A stretch of DNA of 63,681 bases, counting the filler. It is 4 parts of 4 records of this genome, joined end to end, with 100 filler letters (N's around TTAATTAATTAA, not from the genome) between each part and the next. Parts side by side here need not be neighbours in the genome. Positions count along the whole stretch, not along the records: positions 36,697 to 63,681 come from SRR20825010_962; 3 more parts are not named here. One strand, 5' to 3'. The notes under the pieces were generated by a model. The model was not told the origin of the DNA, did not search any database, and saw only the letters and a list, made by a program, of their open reading frames with translations. A program made the position numbers and the translations under genes. Positions 40,350-49,379 of this stretch are shown here, one piece after another. Positions within the stretch are counted from its first letter, which is position 1, and every line of letters begins with the position of its first letter.

Positions 40350-40667
40350 GCTGATAAGGCTCCGGGGAAGATGGCGTTGCCAATGCATTCGCGGGCAACG
40401 CGAGAATCCTTCGCGTTTTTTGGAAGAACCCTCGCATGCTTCGCAAAAGATTCTTCCTTTGGCGCGAACGCAGTTGTGCCGCAGTGATTTCAAGCGGCAT
40501 GACTCGCAGCCAGGATACAGGAAACGCAGTCGTGATTCTTTTTTGTGGGCCTATTGGTAGCGTCGCCATCTTCGGATGGTTGCTGCTTGGCCTTGCTTCC
40601 CGAGCGGTCAGAATCGGAGAGACTCGCGTGCGGGGCCGTCGTGCGTTGGGTCACCCGGTGGGGGCGA

Positions 40668-42170
40668 CTAGGTCAGGATGTCTCGGATGACGTGTCCGTG
40701 GACGTCAGTGAGGCGGAAGTAGCGGCCTTGGAATCGGTAGGTGAGACGTTCGTGGTCGATGCCCACCAAATGCAACATCGTGGCGTGCAGGTCGTGCACG
40801 TGGACGGGGTTCTCGGTGATGTTGTAGCAAACCTCGTCGGTCGCTCCGTACGACATCCCTGGTTTGACGCCGGCTCCCGCCATCCAGAGCGAGAAGCAAC
40901 GTGGATGGTGATCGCGACCGTAGGTCTCTGCGTTCAATGTGCCTTGGCAATATGAGGTGCGTCCGAACTCGCCTCCCCAAACGACGAGTGTGTCTTCCAT
41001 GAGACCGCGTTGTTTCAAGTCGTTCACCAACGCCGTTGTCGCTTGATCGACGTCGCGACACTGGCCGGGCAATTGCTTCGGCAGCGTGAAGTGTTGATCC
41101 CATCCCATGTGGAAAAGCTGAATGAATCGCACGTCGCGTTCTGCCAAACGACGTGCCAGCAAGCAGTTGTAGGCGTACGTTCCACGTTTCGTCACATCAG
41201 GACCGTAAGCATCCAGAACATGCTGGGGCTCGTCCGAAAAATCGATCAGTTCAGGCACCGAAGTCTGCATTCGGTACGCCAATTCGTATTGCTGGATTCG
41301 CGAATGGATCTCGGGATCACCGAACTCATCCAGTTTCTCTTGGTTGAGTTGCTGCAGGTCGTCGAGCATCCGGCGCCGGGCCTTGGCGTCAAAGCCGTCT
41401 GGGTTACTCAGGTACAGCACCGGATCCCCGACGCTCATCAGTTTGACGCCGGCATAGGTGGACGGCAGGAACCCGCTTCCCCACAATCGATCGTAGAGCG
41501 GTTGGCAGTTGGGACGCCCCGTGCCACGCGACACCATCGAAATGAAGGTGGGCAGGTTCTCGTTGATCGTGCCCAAGCCATAGTGCAGCCACGATCCCAC
41601 GCTGGGCCGGCCGGGCAATTGGTTCCCGCTTTGGAAAAAGGTCATCGCGGGATCGTGGTTGATCGCCTCGGTGTGCATCGAGCGAATCAAACACATGTCG
41701 TCGGCCAGCGTTGAAATCTTTGGAATCAGCTCGCTGCCGAGTTCCAAACCCGCTTCCCCGTGCTTGGCGAATTTGTACCGCGAACCGGCCATCGGAAACG
41801 ACTTTTGCCCGGCGGTCATCCCCGTCACTCGCTGATTCATGTCCACGAAATCAGCCAGCTCTTTGCCTTCGTGTTGCTGCAAGGCCGGTTTGTAGTCGAA
41901 CAATTCTTGCTGGGACGGAGCCCCGCTTTGGAACAAGTAGATGACTCGTTTGGCCTTGGGCGGCGTGTGGTATTCCTTCATCACCCCGTTGGGCTGAGGG
42001 AAGTCCGGTTGCGAAACGTTGCTTGGCGCGGGCGCGTTGGTTTCCGCCATCGCCGAGCGTCCCATCATGGACGCCAACGCGGCCATGCCGACTCCCGATG
42101 CCGACCGGCCAAAGAAATGACGGCGAGTCAGCATCATGCGATGCTCGTCAGTGATGTCATTGGGTTTCAT
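40668..42170 (-). CDS. DUF1501 protein (Tat-exported)
   Basis: TRRHFF, KAKRVIYLFQSGAPSQ, NCLLARRLAE, WGGEFGRT, GRDH, FRLTDVHG. Confidence 0.9.
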   Translation of the reverse strand: MKPNDITDEHRMMLTRRHFFGRSASGVGMAALASMMGRSAMAETNAPAPSNVSQPDFPQPNGVMKEYHTPPKAKRVIYLFQSGAPSQQELFDYKPALQQHEGKELADFVDMNQRVTGMTAGQKSFPMAGSRYKFAKHGEAGLELGSELIPKISTLADDMCLIRSMHTEAINHDPAMTFFQSGNQLPGRPSVGSWLHYGLGTINENLPTFISMVSRGTGRPNCQPLYDRLWGSGFLPSTYAGVKLMSVGDPVLYLSNPDGFDAKARRRMLDDLQQLNQEKLDEFGDPEIHSRIQQYELAYRMQTSVPELIDFSDEPQHVLDAYGPDVTKRGTYAYNCLLARRLAERDVRFIQLFHMGWDQHFTLPKQLPGQCRDVDQATTALVNDLKQRGLMEDTLVVWGGEFGRTSYCQGTLNAETYGRDHHPRCFSLWMAGAGVKPGMSYGATDEVCYNITENPVHVHDLHATMLHLVGIDHERLTYRFQGRYFRLTDVHGHVIRDILT

Positions 42171-42180
42171 GGCATGTTCT

Positions 42181-45100
42181 CTATTCAACGGTGATGAATT
42201 CGTCGGTGTTCAAGATCAGGTGAGCCACGGCAGTCATCGCCGCCAACTCCGTCGCATCCAGTTGTTTGTCGGGTTTCGATTCCCCAACGGCCAGCAGTTT
42301 CTCGGCGGCTTCCGGATCAGCGCGGTAGTGATCTCGGAAGTAAGACAAGCTGCGTGACATCACTTTCAAGGTCGATGATGAAGGCCGTTTGGCGATCGCC
42401 CAGAAAGCGAGTTGCGAGAGGCGTTCGTCGTCGGTGGCATCGAGTTGCAAGGCACGTTGAGCCAAGTTGCGGGCGGCTTCCACAAACGTCGGGTCATTCA
42501 TCAACACCAGAGCCTGAAGCGGCGTGTTGGTGCGTCGAACGCGGACGTTGCAAACCTCACGACCACTGGCGTCGAAGATGGTTTGACGCGGCGGATTGAC
42601 GGCTCGTTTCCAGTACGTGTACATGCTTTTGCGATACAGGCTGTCGCCTTGATCGGGCTTGTATCGCGTGCCGGCATTGGCAGCCACGCTTTCCCACAAC
42701 CCACTCGGTTGATAGGGCTTCACGGACGGCCCGCCGACTTTGTCGTTGGCAATTCCCGCCACTTGCAAGGCAAGGTCACGGATCACGAACCCATCGGCGC
42801 GATAGCGAGGCCCGCGGCTGATCAGTCGATTTCCAGGGTCCGGGTCGTTGAACCCGTGACTCCGCTTGGACGATTGATTGAAGGCCGCACTGGTCACGAT
42901 CAAACGATGCATCGCTTGGACATCCCAGCCGGATTCGATGAACTCCACAGCCAACCAATCGAGCAATTCGCGATGGCTGGGCATCTCGCTTTGCAGACCA
43001 AAGTCTTCGGCCGTTTTGACGATGCCGGACCCAAAGTGACTTTGCCAAATCCGATTGACGGTGACTCGAGCTGTCAGCGGGTTCTCACGAGAGACCATCC
43101 AGCGTGCCAGTTCCAAACGATCCTGCGGTTGGCGTGCATCCGAGGAAGGCAGCAGAGCCGAGGGAACGCCTCGCGGCAGCGGTTCGTCTTTGACCGGTTG
43201 ATCGTATTGGCCTCGGTCCAAAAGGTAGGCCGGTTGCGGATCCGACTCACGTTCTTTCATCACCATCACCGGAACACGGGGACCCGTTTTCTGCATCAAC
43301 GCGTTGTCGGCGACGGAGAATTGTTGTTGGGCGGCCTTCAGCGGTGGGTCGATTTTGCGGTAGTGAGCCAGCAATTGTTTGCGATCCGCTTTCGTCCAAT
43401 CCTCGGCGGGTTTCAACAGGATGTCCTTCAGCTTTTGATTCAGTCCAGTCACCCGCTTGGGCAAATCCGTCGCCGACGCGGAACGTTCGATTTGGAGTTT
43501 GCCGATGACGTGATTCGCGAACGAGCTGTCGAATCGAAGCGTGAGCTTGGTGGGTTGCTCGGCGTCGGACTGGATCGGTTCTTGCAACAGGAACGTGATG
43601 TCAACGGGTTGCTCTTCAACGTTCGGTCCAAAGACAGCCCAACCTGATTTGGGATCCTCATCGATTGCGTTCGACGCGGGGTATTTTTCCTGTTCAAAGG
43701 AAGCGGAAACGGATTGCACCGTTTGGGTTTTGTCGCCGACGTGAATCTCAAAATCGGTCAACACGAAGTTGCCGTTCACGCTCGGTGCCAACTTGCGAGG
43801 TGCACCAAAACGCTTGTCCGGCAAAGCGGTCACCTTGAACATGCTCGTGCCGGAAAGATCGCCTGGGATCACGAATTCATAGGCAACGTTCTTGGCGTTT
43901 TTTCCTTCGGTGGGTTGGAAGACAACCGTGTGTTCGGATTCTTTTTCCAGTTTCCCTTCACCGGTCAGTTGGATTTCGTCGAGGGTGACGTGCTGCCATT
44001 TCACGTCGAGGGATGTTTGCAGCAGTTGTTGGGTTTCGGCCGCCCATTGGTCCATCCGTTGATGAATCCCGGACTCGGCATCCTGGATCGCTTGCTCGGC
44101 CCGCTGCACCGCTGCGAGCTCTTGTGGGGGTGCTGTTGCCAGCGGCGAAGCGAATTTCATCGTGGGGTTAGCACTCACGCCTTTGCCGATCCCACGCTCG
44201 CCGATGTTATTGAAGTAACCGTAGAACTGGTAGAACTCGCGTTGCGAGACGGGATCGTATTTGTGGTCGTGGCAACGCGTGCATCCAAGCGTCAAACCAA
44301 GCCAAACGGTTCCGGTTGTTTCCACGCGATCGATCACGTTCTCGACCAAGAACTCTTCTGCCAACGCACCGCCTTCGCTGTTTTGACGGTGGTTTCGATT
44401 GAACGCGGTGGCGAGTCGTTGCTCGTCCGTTGCGTTGGGGAGCATGTCGCCGGCAAGCTGTTCGACCGTGAATTGGTCGAACGGCATGTTGTTGTGGAAC
44501 ACTTGGATCACCCAGTCACGCCAGGGCCAGTTACTGCGTTCGGGGTCGTTTTGATAGCCGTCGGTGTCGGCATAACGAGCGGCGTCCATCCACAGCAATG
44601 CTTGACGTTCGGCATAGTCCCAGGTCGACATCAATTCATTGACTGCCTCTTCGAAGGCTTGTTCACTTGGATCGGCCAAGTATCTGTCTTGCAGTTCAGG
44701 GCTGGGGAGTTGCCCCGTCAAAGTCAGCGAAACGCGTCGGAGGCGGGTGGCGGGATCCGCGTCGGGTGAGGGTGTGAGTTCATTGGAGAGCAGTTTTTGA
44801 GCGATGAAGGCATCGATGGGGTTCTTCGTCCAGCGATCGATGACGTCTTTGGGCCATCCCGATTCGGTCACGGCCGCCGTGGGAACCTTCGGCCGGGTTG
44901 GTGGTTCGAACGCCCAGTGTCCTTCGTAGGGGGCGCCTTGGGCGACCCATTGTTCGAGGATTCGTTTTTCTTCTTCGCTGAGCGACCGGTTGCTGTCCGG
45001 TGGCGGCATCATGTCTGACTCGTCCTCGCTGCGAATGCGGGCGATCAGTTCGCTGGCCTCCAGATCGCCGGGCACGACGCCAGCGTAGCCTCCGAGGTCG

Positions 45101-45342
45101 GCGACCAAGTTTTCTTGGCTATCGAGCCGGAACTCGGAATCTTGATTGTCCGCGTCGGGGCCATGACAGTGAAAACAACGATCGGAAAGGATCGGTCTGA
45201 CTTGACTGCTGAAGTCCACCGTCTCGATCTCATCGGCCTTCGCCTGCAACACGCCAGGCAGAACGTCGCAAGACGCCAGAGCAGCGATCGCAACGCCAGC
45301 CAGATAGAATGATCGAAAGGCATCGAAACGGAAATTCAGCAT
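42181..45342 (-). CDS. Planctomycete cytochrome c / PSD1 (DUF1549-DUF1553) protein
   Basis: CFHCH and CTRCH heme motifs, HWAF, ARYADT, NPLTARV.VNR.W, TNTPLQAL. Confidence 0.9.
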   Translation of the reverse strand: MLNFRFDAFRSFYLAGVAIAALASCDVLPGVLQAKADEIETVDFSSQVRPILSDRCFHCHGPDADNQDSEFRLDSQENLVADLGGYAGVVPGDLEASELIARIRSEDESDMMPPPDSNRSLSEEEKRILEQWVAQGAPYEGHWAFEPPTRPKVPTAAVTESGWPKDVIDRWTKNPIDAFIAQKLLSNELTPSPDADPATRLRRVSLTLTGQLPSPELQDRYLADPSEQAFEEAVNELMSTWDYAERQALLWMDAARYADTDGYQNDPERSNWPWRDWVIQVFHNNMPFDQFTVEQLAGDMLPNATDEQRLATAFNRNHRQNSEGGALAEEFLVENVIDRVETTGTVWLGLTLGCTRCHDHKYDPVSQREFYQFYGYFNNIGERGIGKGVSANPTMKFASPLATAPPQELAAVQRAEQAIQDAESGIHQRMDQWAAETQQLLQTSLDVKWQHVTLDEIQLTGEGKLEKESEHTVVFQPTEGKNAKNVAYEFVIPGDLSGTSMFKVTALPDKRFGAPRKLAPSVNGNFVLTDFEIHVGDKTQTVQSVSASFEQEKYPASNAIDEDPKSGWAVFGPNVEEQPVDITFLLQEPIQSDAEQPTKLTLRFDSSFANHVIGKLQIERSASATDLPKRVTGLNQKLKDILLKPAEDWTKADRKQLLAHYRKIDPPLKAAQQQFSVADNALMQKTGPRVPVMVMKERESDPQPAYLLDRGQYDQPVKDEPLPRGVPSALLPSSDARQPQDRLELARWMVSRENPLTARVTVNRIWQSHFGSGIVKTAEDFGLQSEMPSHRELLDWLAVEFIESGWDVQAMHRLIVTSAAFNQSSKRSHGFNDPDPGNRLISRGPRYRADGFVIRDLALQVAGIANDKVGGPSVKPYQPSGLWESVAANAGTRYKPDQGDSLYRKSMYTYWKRAVNPPRQTIFDASGREVCNVRVRRTNTPLQALVLMNDPTFVEAARNLAQRALQLDATDDERLSQLAFWAIAKRPSSSTLKVMSRSLSYFRDHYRADPEAAEKLLAVGESKPDKQLDATELAAMTAVAHLILNTDEFITVE

Positions 45343-45573
45343 AAAAAACCTCGCTACGAGACGCGTGCACGCCAGAAAAACACCGATTGTGATCGGTGGT
45401 TGTCCTGCATACTCCCGCTGACGAAGGAACCTGCCTGCCTTTTATTCGTTTTTTTCCGATTTCGACCGGCAAGTTCGTTTGTTGGCGGGAGTTTGTTGGT
45501 GGCGTGACAACATCAGGCGGCCCGCGGGTAGGCTCGATCGATCTCCAATCTTCCCCTCAGTTGAACCCAATCG

Positions 45574-46104
45574 ATGATGGACGAAGGTCGTTTCTTATCA
45601 CTGTTCCTCAAGCACGAGCGAGAACTCGCCAGCATCGCTCGCGCGTTTCTGCCGGATTGGAACGCCGTCGACGATGTGCTGCAGGAAGCTAGTTTGGTGA
45701 TGTGGAGAAAGATTCATCAACTGGAATCGGACGACGAGTTTCTGCCTTGGTCCAAAGTCATCTTGCGTTTCGAAATTTTGAAAGCGAGGCGTCGGCATGC
45801 TCGCCAGAATTGGGTGCTCAGCGAAGAGTTGATCTCCAAATTGATGGATGAATCCGCAGAGGACGAAGCGGAAATGCGGCAGGCACAGCAATCCGCGATC
45901 CAGCATTGTCTGCAGTCGTTCAGCGAAGACCATCAAAAGCTGTTGCTGGCTCCTCACACCTCGCGAGGTGGCGTGTTGGCTTTGGCGGAAGCGGGTGGGC
46001 ATTCCGCGAATAGTTTGTACAAGCGGATCGGACGTCTCCGCGTGAAGTTGCACGACTGTGTGGTGCAGCGACTTTCCTCGGCCGATTTCGATCTCCCTCT
46101 CTGA
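45574..46104 (+). CDS. ECF sigma-70 factor (planctomycete type)
   Basis: DDVLQE...MWRK, FLPW, LYKRIGRLR.KLHDCV. Confidence 0.85.
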   Translation: MMDEGRFLSLFLKHERELASIARAFLPDWNAVDDVLQEASLVMWRKIHQLESDDEFLPWSKVILRFEILKARRRHARQNWVLSEELISKLMDESAEDEAEMRQAQQSAIQHCLQSFSEDHQKLLLAPHTSRGGVLALAEAGGHSANSLYKRIGRLRVKLHDCVVQRLSSADFDLPL

Positions 46105-46115
46105 ACTCTCTTCTC

Positions 46116-47813
46116 ATGAACGAACAACAGATCCATGACTTGATCGAGAAGTACTTTCTCGGGGAGTTGAACGAAACCGAGCAAGCCGAACTCCGGTTGG
46201 CATTGGAAGCAAAGCGAAGCTACCGAGACCGGTTTCGCCGCGCCGCTGCGATTGATGCGCAGTTGCGACACTACTGGAACGAAGACATCGGCGAGGACGA
46301 AAATTCGCGGCCGTTCCTGCCAAGCGAAGCGAGTTCTCGCCTGTCGAGCTCCAGCGAATCTGAGACGCTCGAACCGCGATTGCCTGTCACTGCATCTCGT
46401 CAACCAATCGATGCACGATGGCTGACGATCGCTGCTGCGGCCAGTTTGCTTGCTGTGGTTGGCGTGTTGTCCTCTGGCGTTTGGAAAGCGTCGCCCGAGC
46501 CCACCGTGGCTCATTCGCAGCCGGAGTCGACAACGGCACCGCAGTCCGTTGACGACGAGCCAGTCACGCAGGACTCGTCCGAAGTGGCTTGGTTGGTGAC
46601 GGGGTACAACCACCGGTTCAACGAAGGTTTGTCGCCTCAGAACAACTCCTTTGAAAAGGGTGATTACGAACTCACCGAAGGTTCCATCACGCTTCGTTTT
46701 GACAGTGGGGTCGATGTGTCGATCGAGGCACCAGCACGGTTCACCGTCGTCAATTCACTACGGATGAGGATGGACGCGGGGCGAGCACGCGCGATCGTTC
46801 CCGAGACCGGCCATGGCTTTGTGATTCAAACACCCACGGCGGATGTCGAAGACCTGGGCACCGAATTCGGTGTCTATGTCAGCGAAGAACAAGACGTGGA
46901 GCTGCACGTTTTTGCCGGCGAGGTCAACGTGCACACCGCCAACTTGCCTTCGCGGCGGATCCAGGAGGACACCGCTGTGCACTTGACCTCGGTGGGCACC
47001 AAGCATCTTTCGTCGACGGATGATGTCGCGTTCACAACTCGCAGCAAAATCGGATACCAGCGTTGGCTCGCCGACAGCACGGCGCGGCGCGAAGATCCTT
47101 CGACGCTTTTGTACTTTGATTTTGAGCCGGACGCGGACGCTCCCACGTTGCTTCGCGATCGGAGTCAATCCGGGTTGGGCATTGATGGGCAAATCCAAGG
47201 TTGCATCTGGGCGACAGGCCGCTGGCCGAACAAGGGAGCCTTGTTGCTGGAACGTGCTGGTGATCGTGTGGAATTGGATGTCCCTGGGACCTTTGATGCA
47301 CTCACGATCTCCGGATGGATTCAGGTCAATCGTTTTGATCAAGCGTTGCAGGCGTTTTTCAACACGCGAGACTGGCAATCCGGTGAGCACCATTGGAACA
47401 TCCAAAGGAACGGTGGGATGAGCGTTGGTGTGTCGCATGCCTACACGATTCATTCGGCGCAAAAGAAAGTTCCTCTGGGGCGATGGACGCATTTGGTGGC
47501 ATCGATTGACGCTCAAAAGCGTGAGGCCACCTACTACATCGATGGCGAACTCGCGCAGCAAAGAAAATGGGAAAACACGACGTCGCTTGCCTTTGGTCCG
47601 TGCACCATCGGTGCTTTCGGAACAACGGTCGCGGATCCGGTTGCTGTGAATTCAGATGAACAGGCAAGTGCGGGCGAGTCATCCCTTCGCGTCGAATCGG
47701 TTCGCTACAACCGAGAACTGCGAGGCCGGATCGATGAAGTGGCTATCTTCGACGGAGCTTTCTCCGCCGAGCAAGTCAAAGAGCTTTATGAGGCTGGCAA
47801 CGGGTTTGATTGA
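46116..47813 (+). CDS. FecR-like anti-sigma factor with LamG domain
   Basis: N-terminal helix, single TM, GF.IQTP...EDLGTEFGV, VF.GEV, GRIDEVAIF. Confidence 0.85.
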   Translation: MNEQQIHDLIEKYFLGELNETEQAELRLALEAKRSYRDRFRRAAAIDAQLRHYWNEDIGEDENSRPFLPSEASSRLSSSSESETLEPRLPVTASRQPIDARWLTIAAAASLLAVVGVLSSGVWKASPEPTVAHSQPESTTAPQSVDDEPVTQDSSEVAWLVTGYNHRFNEGLSPQNNSFEKGDYELTEGSITLRFDSGVDVSIEAPARFTVVNSLRMRMDAGRARAIVPETGHGFVIQTPTADVEDLGTEFGVYVSEEQDVELHVFAGEVNVHTANLPSRRIQEDTAVHLTSVGTKHLSSTDDVAFTTRSKIGYQRWLADSTARREDPSTLLYFDFEPDADAPTLLRDRSQSGLGIDGQIQGCIWATGRWPNKGALLLERAGDRVELDVPGTFDALTISGWIQVNRFDQALQAFFNTRDWQSGEHHWNIQRNGGMSVGVSHAYTIHSAQKKVPLGRWTHLVASIDAQKREATYYIDGELAQQRKWENTTSLAFGPCTIGAFGTTVADPVAVNSDEQASAGESSLRVESVRYNRELRGRIDEVAIFDGAFSAEQVKELYEAGNGFD

Positions 47814-47914
47814 CCTGGCTCGACCATCCGTGACGCGGTCGTTGCCAAAACGACTTGGGAAGCGAGTAGACTTTCGGTTTTGAATCGAAGTCCCACCTCG
47901 TATCCCCACTGGAA

Positions 47915-49102
47915 ATGACCATGAATCGATCGCTCTCTGGTCGAAGCAATCTGTTCTCTGTTTTGGCTTGCCTTCCTTTGCTTTGGATGGCTGGAATCAT
48001 CTCGGCCACTTCGGTTGCATCCGGCGATGGTCCTGATCTACCGGTCGTGGATTTGTCGCAGCAAACAGAACGCCAGGTCGTCATCGCTGCGGGAACAGAA
48101 GAAGTCTATCAAGGCCACCCGACGACGTTGAGGTTGCCGGAGAGCGACACGATCTATTGTGTTTGGTGTGTCAATCACGGTGGCTCCGCCGGCCCGATGG
48201 CCAAGAGCGAGGATGGTGGACTGACGTGGTCGCGACTGGATGATCAGTTGCCGCCCAATTTCTCCAAGCATCAGAATTGTCCGAGTATCTATCGGATTGC
48301 GGATCCCGAGGGGAAGCCACGATTGTGGGTGTTCTCGGCGGCGCTCAATCAGCGTGGCGGTCCGGGAATGCCGAGCATCATGAGCGAAGATGATGGGAAG
48401 ACTTGGACGGAGATGCCACCACTTGGTTTTCCATGTGTGATGACGTTCAGTAGCGTGGTGACACTGAAAGATGGCCGAACGTTGGGGCTGTATCACAAAG
48501 GACCGGACGGCAAAGACAAAGCACCGTTGACCGTGTTGCAAACCATCACGGCGGACGGCGGGTTCACGTGGTCTGAGCCGCGAGTTGTCGCGGAGGTGGA
48601 AGGAAAGAATCCCTGCGAGCCGTTTGTGTTTCGTTCACCTGACGGCGAAGAGCTGTGCTGCCTGATGCGAGAGAACACGCACCGCGGTCGCAGTTTGATG
48701 ATGTTCTCTCGTGACGAGGGGCAGACCTGGAGCACGCCTGTTGATACGCCATGGGGATTGTCGGGCGATCGGCACATCGGCGTGGCGTTGCCGGACGGTC
48801 GCTGGGTGTTCGCGTTTCGCGATCAGGCTCCTGGCAGCCCGACGCTTGGGCACTTCGTGGCTTGGGTGGGAACCTATGAGGACATTCGCGAGAATCGGCC
48901 CGGGCAATATCGTATCAAGCTCTTGCACAGTCACGCGAAGAACGTTCGCGATTGTGGTTATCCTGGCGTCGAGTTGTTGCCCGATGGAACGATCGTGGCG
49001 ACCACCTACATCAAGTATCGCCCCGGCCCAGAAAAACACTCGGTCGTGACCACTCGCTTCCGCATCGAAGAGACCGATGCACTGCTCCGCGAAACACGCT
49101 GA
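47915..49102 (+). CDS. BNR/Asp-box sialidase-like protein
   Basis: Signal peptide; [37 protein letters not shown]. Confidence 0.85.
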   Translation: MTMNRSLSGRSNLFSVLACLPLLWMAGIISATSVASGDGPDLPVVDLSQQTERQVVIAAGTEEVYQGHPTTLRLPESDTIYCVWCVNHGGSAGPMAKSEDGGLTWSRLDDQLPPNFSKHQNCPSIYRIADPEGKPRLWVFSAALNQRGGPGMPSIMSEDDGKTWTEMPPLGFPCVMTFSSVVTLKDGRTLGLYHKGPDGKDKAPLTVLQTITADGGFTWSEPRVVAEVEGKNPCEPFVFRSPDGEELCCLMRENTHRGRSLMMFSRDEGQTWSTPVDTPWGLSGDRHIGVALPDGRWVFAFRDQAPGSPTLGHFVAWVGTYEDIRENRPGQYRIKLLHSHAKNVRDCGYPGVELLPDGTIVATTYIKYRPGPEKHSVVTTRFRIEETDALLRETR

Positions 49103-49116
49103 ATGAGGGACAAGTT

Positions 49117-49178
49117 GCAGTAGGCAAGCGAGAACTTTGACACGTCGTATCACTCGTCCTCTCTCACTTGCCTGCTGC
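49117..49178. repeat. 17-bp inverted repeat between convergent genes
   Basis: GCAGTAGGCAAGCGAGA / TCTCACTTGCCTGCTGC (one wobble, one mismatch). Confidence 0.6.
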
Positions 49179-49379
49179 CGAAGAATGGTCCCTATTGGAT
49201 CCGCTGTGCGTACTCCTTCGACTTGCTTTAGGCAGCGAGGATGTGATTCGGATTGAGCTTTGGGATGTGAACGCTGACATAACCAAGGGGCTTCAAGGCT
49301 TCGGGAATCGTCACCGCGTACGCACCACTCGTTATGTCCGAGACGCAAGGAATCACAGGGACGTCGGGGTAGCGTGGGT

